Assembly: GCA_004764695.1 (NCBI GenBank)
Contig: SMSO01000035.1
Coordinates: forward strand, 2,604,001-2,668,000
Direction of reading: 5' to 3'
Length of the DNA stretch: 64,000 nt
Origin: Schizochytrium sp. TIO01
Taxonomy: Eukaryota > Protista > Bigyra: Labyrinthulomycetes
A program made the translations under genes and the position numbers. The stretch's first letter is position 1; every line of letters starts with the position of its first letter. The notes below the pieces were generated by a model that was not told where the DNA came from, did not search any database, and was given only the letters and a program-made list of their open reading frames with translations. Below are positions 10,917 to 24,630 of this stretch, one piece after another.

Positions 10917-13635
10917 TGAGAGCCTCTCCCTGAATATCCCAAAGAGCTCTCTAAACTTGTGTTTTGACTGCAATCTATGCCGAATTCATCAGCGCTGCCT
11001 GTATTTTAAGCTCAAGTCTGCACCAAACCTAGCTCAGAGTCCACCAGCAACTTGCTTAATTAACAGTACCACGAAGTCTATCTATGTCTATAGCAACATT
11101 CGTATATTTGTTGGCGCGTCTTTCCTAGAAAGCTGGAGGTAAATTGATTATATCTATGCGTGTTACCTAACAAAGGAAATTCAAGTCACAGCTGGAGCTT
11201 TTCACACATTCACTAGCGTCGTCCGATTGCATTTGGCTATTGTAAACATTCCGTTTCGATTGTTAACATTGAGTATTACCAAGACATATTATATACCGCA
11301 CCCTACCATTATACTGGCAGTATGCTTCTCTAGGCTGATTTCATACTATAGTACTGGCTGCTACTTCTGTTGCTTGTTGGGAAACACGGAACACAATTCA
11401 ATACAGTTAACATCCAGACAATTGGATCTTCAGAGTTGCCGACTGACTTGCCTAGCCCCTGTCGAGCTTGGTAGTAGCAGGAAAATTTTGTGACTCCAGA
11501 GCTCATCGAGCCCAGGTTTTCTTTCTGATATGTGCCAAGCAATCTTCTATTACACTACAGTTGATCTAGCTACTGATAAATCAATACCTATGATGATATA
11601 GCGCTCAGAAGCAATTATTGTTGCTAGCTAGGTAATGGTTGCAGTTCTTCTCGCCATTGCTGTCAGCACCATTTTGGACCCTTTCAAACTGTTCTCTCTA
11701 TCTATCATGAATGTTTTTTGCAATTCTGTTCACACCTTACTGGACATTGGAATTTCGTAACGTACATTTCAATAAGTCATAAGATCCCTTAACAAGGGCT
11801 TAGTCAAGCCGTATAGACTGCTGGTTCTGTTCGCAAGAAAATTAAAAAATTAGAAAATGAAAATAATTATGATCGCGATTTCTTTCGGCGCTCATTTCGA
11901 ACGGTAGCGCGGAGAGTGTTGCTAATGAAAGATGCTGCGTTCGCTGCAATAGATCCTCTATTGAAGTTTGAGACTAACTTAGACTTGATCCGTCAGTTGC
12001 AGATGGGAAAGGCCGTGCTCATGATATTCGGGAGCTATTCGTTCCGTTTCGTGGATCTTAGACCAGGAGTTCTTGTCCTCCTTCATGAAAATATAATAAA
12101 ATCTCAAAGCACCACGACCTGGATAAGCACGAGTTCAATTCTTCAAGCTGATACCGGTTAACCAAATTCGAAGAAATTGCTTCAGTGTGCACAACAGAGG
12201 AAACTCGAAAGAACTGCAAATCTAGCAAGCTGTTTTTGTCAGCACCATGCCGTTCTGTCGATTTCGCACTTGGTATCGCCTCGAAGAATCTAGATCCTCA
12301 ACGAGACTGTCACTTGTAAATGCTGGCTACAGCTACCATCGTTTGTATAAATTTGAAGGCGGTCTTTGTACGTTACATCTTTTTTCCACTCTTAAAACAG
12401 CAGCTTCGTCCGAAGATGTTTAAGGCAAAGTTTGGGTAGGAAGTACCAGTTGATATGGTTTTTTAACATCTTTACGGTGATAACATATTATTTCATCGAT
12501 TGCTGTGCTATGCTCTCACGCCAGATGGCTATGTAGCGGCACCACTTGGAAAGATTGCAATCAGTGAGCGGATGACCGAAAGGTCTGCAGTGAGACTTCT
12601 TCAACAAGTTGCTACGTTTTTATCAGGACAAACAATGAGTTGTTTATTATTGTTTATTTTATTATCTTTATTTTTTTCTAATTGATTACAAAAAAAGAAA
12701 GAAAATTTTAAAAGAGAATTTTTAATTTAAATTAATTTTTATATATATAGCGCTCGTTCGTTACTCATTACAGAAATCACAAACAGAAATATTTGCAAAG
12801 GGAAAGGATCCAGGGGCGGTTCTGCATAAAAGGTTAGCCCGAGTGTTCCTCTCTTGCACGAATACCATAAAGGACAACTTGAAGGACTGCTCTAATTTAA
12901 TTTCCATTCAACTATGTTAAAGGGAGTTTCCAACCACAACGCTTTTTGGAGAAAGCTAACGGAGATCCCTCTTCGCCCAGTGAACCTCCCTCACATCCCA
13001 GATACTCTCCACTCAATTATGGGCACAATTCCGAAGCATAGATTACCTCTCACACCACTGACTAAAACGTTATTTTAATATACATATTTTGTATTTAATT
13101 TACATAGGGTTTTATCTTATTTAGTAGGCGGCTGTAGCGTTGAGATTTAGTTTCACTCTGTAAAGGTTCAAGCTTTCCTCACATAGATTACCCAGTGGTA
13201 AGAGGTAGTGGGGGAACCGATTTGAGAGGGGAAAGCACCAGAACAAGAGCCCACAAAGCCCCAGTGTCTTGAGAGGCAGAGGAGAACGCGCAACGGAAAC
13301 CAATAACCGTCCGAGCACAGACGGCAAACCGCAAACTCTGTGCAGCAAGAGCTCGTTCCCGCCTTCTCGAGCTACTCGGTACGTTGCGTCCTGCAAGACG
13401 AGACCTTCGTCGCCCAGCAAGAACCCGTGCGACACTATTCTTAACCGATAGACCTGCAGCTGTCACGCAAGTTGTGCGAGCAGCGACCATCCTGGGGCGT
13501 TGTCGTGCGCGAGACCGCTAGTAGTGTTTGGTTCCAGTAGAATTCTGGAGTTTTCATGATTCTTGCATGGAAAAGATGATGTCATTCATGGTGGTTCTTC
13601 TCGATACGTTGCTGATGATCGAGCCTACGGTATAT

Positions 13636-13982
13636 GTAAGGTTCTGAAGTGCTGTCGAAGAATTGCTGCATGCACGTTCACATAAGCGCACATGGAGATT
13701 TATTCAGCACAACGTATTTTATTTGCCATAGATAGAAGAGGGGTTTGCCTTCGATGCATTGAATAAAGACTGGAGAAGCTTGAATACTAACGGGTTACTG
13801 TAACCTTGCTTTGCATATGTATGGACACTGTCGGTACTGATCTGCTTCGATCAATACGAATGCTCTGGCGATGAATGAAATGATTGATAATGAATGATGT
13901 TGATTCATGTCTTGAAACATGACTACCGCATTTATTGAATGCATTTGCTCATTTGTGCTTTTCTTCTTTTTTGGAAATGCAG
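13636..13982 (+). other. Probable 5' UTR intron of beta-tubulin
   Basis: GTAAG donor at 13636; T-rich tract and GCAG acceptor ending at 13982, 32 nt before the ATG. Donor position uncertain. Confidence 0.4.
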
Positions 13983-14008
13983 GTTGCAAACAAGTTAACA
14001 AACTTTAA

Positions 14009-15346
<1,338 letters not shown>

Positions 15347-15974
15347 ATTAATGCACGCCGCCTGTCGTAATGAATTGATGTTGTTTTCTTATAGCAAAAT
15401 ATATTTTTTTCTTTTGGTTTTGGATGGAACACTCCTTGAATATGCTTCTAACCATTCATGTTTCATTATCTTGCTCAATTCGAAATCAATATAGTGATTC
15501 TTCTTCAAAAAATGTGGTTTGGATGAGTGCTCAGAATATTTTTAATTACCATTTCGATACGACTTTATTCTGAATAGACGAAGCACTAAAAGCACTAATA
15601 TGATCTTAATGTATTCTATCTTGTTGTATCTTGAACGAAGTTTATCACAAGTACCAAGAGTGCGTGTGGAAGTCACGAATGCGCACGTATCAACATTTCC
15701 TGCCCAATTTTTCGAAAACATTTTCATTAGTTCATAATACTGTATTTCATTCTCTAGAGGTAGAGAAGGTAGTGCCTGTTATGTCTCAAGATTTTGAATG
15801 AGGTGTTATTCACTTCTGGTGTTCAGAAAAATAGAAAAAAGTGTTTTAGAAAATGTTCAATTGTTTTTTTTAACTTCTTCCAAAGCTTTGGCAAAAGGAA
15901 AGAAATAAAAGGAAGGGGGAAGTTCGCTCTAAATCCATAACGCATTTGAGACGGCGAGATTCTTGCTAGCAACC

Positions 15975-16503
15975 ATGGGCCACCAAGAGACAGTTGATAA
16001 AGTAAGTGCGCAGCGAAGTAGATAGGTTGCAGTGTGGACCCACCCATGCAACACTCAAGGTATCCGCGAATGGCCTTTCTTGAATATCTGACAGCCCTTC
16101 GTTGGTGCTCTGACGGATGCCGAGACTGGAGAATTTGACGTGGCTTGCGGCGGACCACCTTTGCCTATACAAGAGAAGAGAGGAGACCAGACCAACTAAC
16201 GTTGTAGCGGTATGCATTGTATTCGGGTACGGAATGCGAGTGATATCTGTGTAGGAGTGTGAGGAGATTAAGAAGGATATTAAGCGCCTTGGAGCGAAGA
16301 ATGAAGACGGCAAATATGTCGTCAAGTTTGGTGTACTTTTTGATGACGACAAAACCCAGCAATTTTATGAAGCTATTGTCGGTACGCTGAAGGCCGCTCG
16401 CACAAAGGGTTTCATTGATTGGAATGGTATGATTCTTCTCAAAGGAGCTCATGACAACGTCGACATTACCTTGCTTGTGGAGCCTGAGGACGACGCTGAA
16501 TGA
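15975..16503 (+). CDS. ABRACL: Costars-domain protein (ABRACL family), 91 aa, 2 exons (15975-16001, 16255-16503)
   Basis: Spliced product MGHQETVDK|ECEEIKKDIKRLGAKNEDGKYVVKFGVLFDDDKTQQFYEAIVGTLKAARTKGFIDWNGMILLKGAHDNVDITLL matches Costars hallmarks (VKFGVLF, GTLKAA, G.HD.V.I.LL). Phase-0 intron GTAAGT..ACTAAC..GTAG. Confidence 0.93.
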
Positions 16504-16971
16504 AAGAACGAGCAGATATCTGGGAGCGCGGGAAAGCTATAGTCTTGCATAAATGATTACTTGTATGCAGGGATATTACAATCTAGGAAGAATAAAGAAA
16601 TCAAATATAATCAGCTAAATTCTCATTAGTTCTTGACTTGTCTACACTTTACGAAGTATCTTATGGAGCAACTGGTCATCGAAAAAAGAAATCAGTTGTC
16701 AGATTTGGAAATGTATCCAAGTAGAGACAATGCGAATCAGAAACTCTACTATGGTGAAACACCCCGTGGACGAGGAAAGGAGAAAAAGAAGAAAGACAAA
16801 TTACTCCTGTGTGAATTACAACCATTGATTGTGGCTGTTTAAAAAATCGAGAAAAGCAAAATAAAGGACATCCACCAAACATGATCTCGCACATGCAAAT
16901 TGAATTCGCACTGTCATTTGAAAACAGAGCCACGTGCAGTCTTAATCGAGTGCATGAAACTCGGGTTGTGC

Positions 16972-19404
16972 TTATCGACTGAGGATTGCAAGCCAACAAG
17001 TCGCTAGAAACACAAAAACAGCGCCTAAGGTATAATTGATCATCGCCAATGGGTCGTAGACAGTCTCGCGCAGAGTGAGGCCCAGCAGAGTATAAGCAGC
17101 GGCCTCACCGCAGTACCTTGAGGTCTCTGAAGCTATGATTGGACCAAGAAGTCCATATTGAGACAAAGGCGCATCGTCGACTCCGCGCTCGAAAAGGTGG
17201 CACAGCCCAAAAGAGGACACAGAACGAAGCATGATAAGAGAGACGTGCAAAAAAGATGCGAGAATTAAAAAGTATGCGAGATCGTAACTTGTCTCAAGGC
17301 CGTTCATGGGTAACATCAGTCCAGTCAGAATTGCGGTTGCTAGAAGACTTGCTCTCAATACGAAACGAGCGCCAAGGCTGTTTACGAGTTGGAGTGTCAA
17401 GTACCACATCGGTAGCACTACCACGGACGAGGCTAACGCAATCACAGAAATGGCTGGCCAAGCAGCTGAAAAAACCATTTGAAGATTAACAATAGTCACG
17501 CAGACAACCATGGTCTGGGCGAAACCTGTGACACCCAAAAGAATTAAGCCAAAGGTCCAATCAGGAATAGGTGCTGATTCAGAGGCGCGGATACCAGCGT
17601 AAGTGGCAACGTTGAAGCGCTTGAGGTAGTCAGCAGAAAGAATGGACGAAATTCCAGCGTAAAGAGGATTTGAGTCATTGCTCGAAAGATCGATATCAGA
17701 GATGTTCGCAGGAACACAGCACGCGCGATACATTAGGTGAATGACCCATGGGAGCACCATGCATGCCACGATAACTAACCACAAAGCACTAATGCCCAGT
17801 GCTGGTAACGAAAGACCATTGATCAAGAACATCTTAAATTTGGCCTCTTCAGCGTAATCCCAGGATGTTGTACATGCCGAAATTGAGCGGCCAACTACAT
17901 CGCCCATTGCAGCGGTAGCAATTGCCATGCCGGCGACTTTCTCAACACGGTGAGCAAGCACAATTGAGGGACTTCCACATGCAAGTGCAGGGAGCACATT
18001 AAGAAGAAAACCACCCACGCCCATCAGTGTAAACCCCGCCAAAAGCATGACATCCGTGTGCGCAGCCCGGTCTTCAACAATCTTAGGGTCACCTGGGTCG
18101 CCCGCCGCATCACGGGGTCCGTGTTCGAAGAAAGTAGAAAAGACGCTAGCATAGAGTAAATTGCCCACGATGAGCGCTATAGCGGTGACCACAATAACAG
18201 CAGGGAAGGCACGGCGAGATGAGCTTGCTGTTGCCATGACGCATACTAGAGAACACAGGCGAATGGCGGCAAAACTGAAAGCACTTGAGCCTATCGGAGT
18301 TGTGGTGACCTCGGCGTAAAACAAGTTATAAGGGGCTATCGAGCCCAAATTAATGCTGTATAAAAGCACAAGCAGAAGCAAACCTACGACGAGTGCTATG
18401 AGAGATTTGCTTTCATCTTCTTCTTCTTCATTACTCTCTTCCCCGTTTAATCCGCGTCGAATGCGGCCTGCGCTGTTCGCGTACTGCTGAACAATGTTGT
18501 GAAGGTACTCCAGACGCGGTTTTCTATTAACACGGGCCTGGGAGAGCTCAAGTTCGGCTGCAAGGTGTTTGTGCGTGCGGTCGCTCACGAGAAGCTGTGA
18601 AGCGAGAAACTGCTCAAAGGTCACGGGTGCCACATTCTGAGAGTTCGTACTTACTCCTCGACGGAGCACTGGTCGCGCCTCTGATCTTCGAGGCATAAGA
18701 TTAGCATCTTCAGGTGCAGAGTCATCATCATCAGTGTCTCCGATTGGCGAAAGCGACACCCTTGGAAGCGAACCATATCCACCCCCAGACACCCTCGCGG
18801 TTTCACTAGCACTCGTATAAAGCGGGGATACAAGTTTACGAGAGGCCTGGCGATTGCGTAATACAGCACTGAGCATTCTGGAACGCTCAAGACCAGCTTG
18901 AACAGCAATCACAATTTCGGAGAGCTCGAAAGGGTCCGAGAGGCGTTCGAGGTCAAACATGTCGGGCCCACTGAGCAACGAGGGCCCAGCGTGGTGTCCT
19001 GTAACGTGGGAATACTTTTTAATGATCTTCCGGGTAGCGGTGACATTGAGTTCAAGATAGTGCAGTAATTTGGCTACGAGTAAACCCAGATTTGTAAATC
19101 CTTGAGAAACTTTCTCAAGGTGTTCCTCGGTATCAGGGTAATTGCTCTCGACCCATCCCTCGCACACGTAAAGATCATTTTGCAACCTGTGTAGCTCCTC
19201 GCGAGCTTGTGCTTGCTTGTCGTGGAAAAATGCCTCAACAGCCTGGAGCTCCTCAACAAGTTGCTGAGAAAATGTGTTTGCATGTTTTGATCGCCGCGTG
19301 GAGTTCTTCTCCACGAGATCTTTCAAACGCGTCTTTAACTGCGCATAATCCACATAGCGCCAGCCCGGCTCGGCCTCCTGCAACAGGACCTTACCAAACT
19401 TCAT
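16972..19404 (-). CDS. SPX domain + MFS-like membrane protein (SPX-MFS, vacuolar phosphate transporter-like)
   Basis: MKFGKVL..WRYVDYAQLK and LNVTATRKIIKKY are SPX hallmarks, so the start is placed at ATG 19404. The C-terminal half has many hydrophobic TM segments. Confidence 0.88.
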   Translation of the reverse strand: MKFGKVLLQEAEPGWRYVDYAQLKTRLKDLVEKNSTRRSKHANTFSQQLVEELQAVEAFFHDKQAQAREELHRLQNDLYVCEGWVESNYPDTEEHLEKVSQGFTNLGLLVAKLLHYLELNVTATRKIIKKYSHVTGHHAGPSLLSGPDMFDLERLSDPFELSEIVIAVQAGLERSRMLSAVLRNRQASRKLVSPLYTSASETARVSGGGYGSLPRVSLSPIGDTDDDDSAPEDANLMPRRSEARPVLRRGVSTNSQNVAPVTFEQFLASQLLVSDRTHKHLAAELELSQARVNRKPRLEYLHNIVQQYANSAGRIRRGLNGEESNEEEEDESKSLIALVVGLLLLVLLYSINLGSIAPYNLFYAEVTTTPIGSSAFSFAAIRLCSLVCVMATASSSRRAFPAVIVVTAIALIVGNLLYASVFSTFFEHGPRDAAGDPGDPKIVEDRAAHTDVMLLAGFTLMGVGGFLLNVLPALACGSPSIVLAHRVEKVAGMAIATAAMGDVVGRSISACTTSWDYAEEAKFKMFLINGLSLPALGISALWLVIVACMVLPWVIHLMYRACCVPANISDIDLSSNDSNPLYAGISSILSADYLKRFNVATYAGIRASESAPIPDWTFGLILLGVTGFAQTMVVCVTIVNLQMVFSAAWPAISVIALASSVVVLPMWYLTLQLVNSLGARFVLRASLLATAILTGLMLPMNGLETSYDLAYFLILASFLHVSLIMLRSVSSFGLCHLFERGVDDAPLSQYGLLGPIIASETSRYCGEAAAYTLLGLTLRETVYDPLAMINYTLGAVFVFLATCWLAILSR

Positions 19405-19822
19405 GGCGCCACCACCGAACTCCGCACCACCACGTAGGCAGAAGTAAGGCCACGGGAGTACCCCTAGGTTCCTCGCGATCCCGCGAAGCGAGTCTGCGCC
19501 GAGCGAGGATTCCTGAAAAGGGTTTGGCAACCTTGGCGATTGATAATTGATCATCACACAATCAGCCACCTAATCCGTACTAGACCAAAAGAGTACTAAG
19601 ACTCTAATAAGAGTAATTCTTATGTTTGGGCTTCTTCAACTCGAAAGTTTTATTTTAGATTCAAGGGTGCAAATCTATGCTTGACTTCAATGCTCAAAGC
19701 TCTGTGAACAAATGTGAAGGATTGTGAGGGACTTCTTGAGCTTGGGGTCGAGAGCTACGTGCCCGAGGTCTTGAGAGGGCTTTCGCTGGTACGCATTGGA
19801 GCGGGGAAGGACACTATTTCTG

Positions 19823-19849
<27 letters not shown>
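19823..19849. repeat. Poly(T) tract, about 27 nt
   Basis: Read directly. Confidence 0.9.
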
Positions 19850-19853
<4 letters not shown>

Positions 19854-22800
19854 GATGTGTTTCCTTTTTAATTGCCAAGACTGCCATTGATTATATGAAA
19901 CGTGGAGGATACAATGGATGGCTCGACCAATATGAAGATTATGAAGATGCCCACGTGTTATCTTACTGCGGCGACAATTTATTTTGTGGGACGATGAAGT
20001 GTTTTTGAGCAGGGGGTTGACCCATCGAATCAAAGATTTAGTCAACATGGTAGATTCTTCTTTATTCTTTTTATTATAATGTGGGGATGTGAATCAAAAT
20101 CTGTATCAAAATAATAGGTGCCCCAAAGCGATACACAATCACGAAAAGAAACTGTGACCGCTTAGCTGACAGTGGGCAGAAAGTATGATTCAAACGGTAT
20201 CGTTCGTCTATCTTCAATCTTGATTTTAGTCCCCATTGGTTCATTGAAATGCAAAGGCAAAATAAGTTGCAGGGCCATTCCAAAATTTCGTATGTGGCTT
20301 CATTAGCAATCGGGTCCCATTCAGACTTTGAAGAACGTAATAAAGTTGTGTATCTGTAACACAATGTGCAGAGATTCGTCCTCGAAATGAATATCTTACG
20401 CTCCGCACACGATTACGTCTTATTAGGGAAGGAATCAAGCATATGCCTTTCCTTATTTGGATATGGAGGAAAGGGACAGGAGAAGAAGCAAACTCGTTTC
20501 GAAAGCAAAGTGCCCTTGAAACTACCGGCTGTAGAGGAAATACACTTTTGATGAGGCATGCTCGATGCTATGTCTTGGAACCTTCTATCTTTGGGTCACT
20601 TACTGGTTCGAAAAGTTAAAGGGGCTTACTATTTGGGGTTCTGTTTAGTGCAAACTTTTTCTTTTTTTTTGCTAGGTACAGAATCAAACCTCTCTAGCGC
20701 AGCCAATTCGTATAGGTGTTCCACATTAGATTAATGCTTTTGCTACCAAGAATCTTGATTTCATTGAGAAAGTCATTAAAGCAGAGAAATAAAAGACGAT
20801 CTGATGTTTTATCGCTTTAATGGAATGAAAAACTGTAGCACCTGTACATCTTCGTAGTACACACCCCGAAAAACACTCTCAAAAGTGAGAGAGTGAAGGC
20901 AACAAAAGAAGGAAAGCAGTAAAAAGTCAACAGCAGTGCGGCTGCAGAGACGAACTGGCAATTGTAGCCACGGCGTCGGGTAGCCAGAGAATGCGAGGAT
21001 CCAAGACATCAGTCCTGGGTATTCAGAATCTGTTACCGAGGACGAATTGATGGCGAATCAAATGCATTTGGACGAGACCGAGAGCATGCGCCTGGCCGCC
21101 CGGCAAAAATACGATGATACGGGCAAGAACTCACGATAGAAATGGACGATACTGTGCAACTTGAGGAGGCTGGTGATCATGGCATGAAACAGGATATTAA
21201 AACCAACTATTTGGGTTGAAGAGAAGACGTTATAGAAATACTGACGCTCACTATAAGTTCTTACACGATAGAGAGAAGATTCACACGAGTCCATTATAAG
21301 TAAGCACCGAAGCACTGGAGAGGGCCATTCAGGAGGCAAAGGGCGCTAAGGCGGCACTTTGAGTGGTCGTACACGACGATAGGGAAATATTTTGTGGCCA
21401 GTAGTCGGATTAAGGATCGAAGATTTCTAGTAACGTTCGCCAAAACGTCTACTACGCAGGAGCCGGCACGGTGGAATATACCTCACAGCAGTTGATGAAA
21501 AGACCCGTAATGCTAATCGAAATAGCAAGAAAAAGTGGAGTACATCAACGTTTGATTGATTATATTAACGCATGGAGAAGACTGACAACAAAGCATACAG
21601 AAGAAGTGAAGGTGGTTGGGTACTGGTGAATCAACACAAAAGCAAGGGTTTGTCGCGGTCTTTTACAACGCGTGGGAGGCGTGATTTTACTCAAGTACGA
21701 GCCACCTGGCTTGGAGCTTCTGTCATCCAGTTGAAGAAGAGGAGGAGAGAAATGAAAAAGAAAGGTGTAGTCCAAATAAACTAGTGTTTAGAAGTATGTT
21801 TGCACCGGCTTGATATTTTTTTGGTTGTACTTGAATACAAACATCCCACTTGCTTGAAAGAAATGTGGCTTGAACTTGCGCTACCCAATTCAGATGACCC
21901 AGCTTATCAGTAGATACGTAGTCGAGGAGCGCGCACAGAGACATTGCATGCAAGAGAAAATGATCACAGGGCTACGTGCAATTGCTGCATATTTTAAGAG
22001 GGTCGCCAGAGAGATGTCTGCACAAAATGAACAGATTCACTTCATCGCATAATTACTCTTGCACTTTACGAATACATACCCTTGCATTTTGCCGAGAGCC
22101 TAAGGCGTTTTTGAAGTACTCCTCAACACATAGAAGTCGCATATACTTATTTCGCATTCAATGATTATGATATAAAAGTGAGACTAGATACCTCCTTGAG
22201 CCCCTTTAAAAGTTTTCTGCTATCACCAATGTTTGGAAACTTCCTTCATTAACCTCAGAATAGTGCGAGCAACCCCGTGCTGTGCTCTCTTTAAAAGGTA
22301 ACACCTTGACTAGCTATTGAACAAAAACAAATGTCATGCAAGCGACAGAAGATAAGTACGTACCTACCTACCCACACTCACCAAATACAATGAAGTACTA
22401 GATGCCCGTCTCCACGCCTCGATCAACAGGTCGTTCACACTTGAAGATATGGCCAGACAGCAGAGTTCTCCACAATCGAAAGATTTTTTTTTGGTATAGT
22501 TTAGATTCTGCGGAATGTTGGTAGTCCTACTAGAAATACATTTTCTTTTAAAATCAAATTCCTGGCGCGAGAGTTGTCCATTATGTGTTGCTCAGGTCGG
22601 GCTAATGTCTATCACTCCCAAACTGCAAAAAAACATGAGCCATTACCCACTAAATTAGTGCTACATGTCACGATAAGCGTTAATCTATTACATTCCAACG
22701 CCGGAAGAGCTGAAGAACGTAGATAATCCGCGCAAGAACCCTCCAGATCATCACAGCGCAGCGAGAGTTGCATTTCGCTATCTCACTTTCCCTGCCGCAC

Positions 22801-23185
22801 ACCAAGAGGTGGCAACGTTGATAATTACTGACAAGCCTCATTTCCCATGACACTTGAACAGCCGCTATTTCATCGCAGTTGTCTCATTGCTTTGATGCAA
22901 CATTATCGACTACGAACACTTAGTCCCCTAGTGATTATTAAGAAGAGCTAGTGGGACTTAATACCTTCCTTCATTTGTATCATAGTAATAGCTAGCTTTA
23001 AAAAAAGATGGAGTGAAAGAAGCGAAGCTCAAATGACTCACCTCAGCTCCAAATACCAAACTTAAACCTTTTCCAAGTCCGACAGCTCGAACCGGTTGAG
23101 CTCCTTGGTTGCTGATTGCACCGTTCACTGGTGTCTGTGGAGATCTTAGACCTTGGTGTAGGTTTGAGGAATAATAGCTGTGGCG

Positions 23186-24160
23186 ATGACGTCCGCGAAG
23201 CGCAGATCTCATAAATCCAGCGGCAGCAGAGCTTCGCGTGAGCTAGGAAACAGGAATATACAAGGTTCGGGCGTTCGTAGTGGAGAAGTCGAAGGATCTT
23301 TTGCAATGGTTGTGAATGATCTTGATCTCCGCTGGAGGGAGTCACTGATAACGCCTGTGGATTCTCAATGGCCTCGCTTGAGGGCAGCGCACTTGGGCGT
23401 GGCGGCAAGCATGTTGACCGTGCTTGTCATAGGATCGCTATTTTTCCCTACAATTGATTATGTAACTCTCAAACCGGGGCCGGCATTCCCACCGATGGCG
23501 AAGAGTGTCGCATTTTACTCTAATATTCCAATCAAGCTTGGCGCTGTTCATGTCTTTCTGTACGGGGCGGAACTGTATTTCGACCCTAGGAATGCAGAAC
23601 GCCATATCGGCCAGAGGCTGACAACCTTGTGGATGCAATTTTTTGAGAACCCGCGATGGGGACAACACTTTCATATGCAGATAGAAACTGCACTCCAAGT
23701 CATCGATATTTTTTCTGTTGACGCGGAGCGTGAGGTACCTCGGTTTCCTCCTATGGTAAGATCTGTATTAGGCGCCATCGTTTGGCTCATGTTTGTCACG
23801 AACTTTATCACATCAAGTGGCTACCATACACTCGAAGAGCAGCTCATTGGTGCTGCTGTGGCTCTTCTCAAGCTTTTCTTTGATTACTACTACAGTACTG
23901 AGCACGTCAACAGCCAGATTGGGTCCTCTTATACAGAGCCGCGAGCTCTACTCGGCGGCGTCGCCCTAACAATGGTAGCTGTGTGGTTTGCAAGAGCAAT
24001 GTTCGCTGCAACGGCCTCTATTGAGTATCTTGCTTTGATCATGCATCCGACGACACTAGCGACTTTATGCTTTCTTGGAGCAAGAGCTACGCACATGTTT
24101 CTTGTGCAGCACGAAGAGGTGGCGCCTCCCTCTGCAGAGAACAATGCTGAAGCAGCATAA
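23186..24160 (+). CDS. Hypothetical multi-pass membrane protein, 324 aa
   Basis: Long ORF from ATG 23186 with several hydrophobic helices; no family recognised. Confidence 0.75.
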   Translation: MTSAKRRSHKSSGSRASRELGNRNIQGSGVRSGEVEGSFAMVVNDLDLRWRESLITPVDSQWPRLRAAHLGVAASMLTVLVIGSLFFPTIDYVTLKPGPAFPPMAKSVAFYSNIPIKLGAVHVFLYGAELYFDPRNAERHIGQRLTTLWMQFFENPRWGQHFHMQIETALQVIDIFSVDAEREVPRFPPMVRSVLGAIVWLMFVTNFITSSGYHTLEEQLIGAAVALLKLFFDYYYSTEHVNSQIGSSYTEPRALLGGVALTMVAVWFARAMFAATASIEYLALIMHPTTLATLCFLGARATHMFLVQHEEVAPPSAENNAEAA

Positions 24161-24630
24161 CATGCAGGAGGCTTACCTAGTGGTCAATATCAAGTTTTAC
24201 GAACAATTGGCTTAGTTTTGCCATATGGTAATACTGATGGAGCGCTTCTTTTGTCATAGTCGCTTTATGTACATCTTAGGGCTTTCTTGATTTGATATTA
24301 ATTTATTTTTCTCATCTCAAATCCTCCAGTCTGCAAAGAGGTGGGTGTTTAATAGGAATACTTTAATTACTTTGAAGCTAGTTGTTCTAACATTGTTTTT
24401 GTAATGGAATTTCAAATTTAGAAAAAATAAAAAGATAAAGTAGCAAAACTGTTAGGGCCTAAGTTTGGAGAATGACAATAGATGTGAAAAATGGCAAATT
24501 GTCCAACAGCAAGTAGTCCATCTAAACTTGGAAACCTGTAGCAATTTTCGAAATGTTGAGAAAGAAATTATATGCAATCACGGTCAGCGTTGAGATGCAT
24601 CTCGATCGATGCACCATGACTGCATTCCAT

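Noticed and set aside
13040-13210. Imperfect inverted repeat (TACCTCT..CCACTG / CAGTGG..AGAGGTA) as a MITE
   Set aside because: The match is short and gapped, with no TSD and no second copy in the window.
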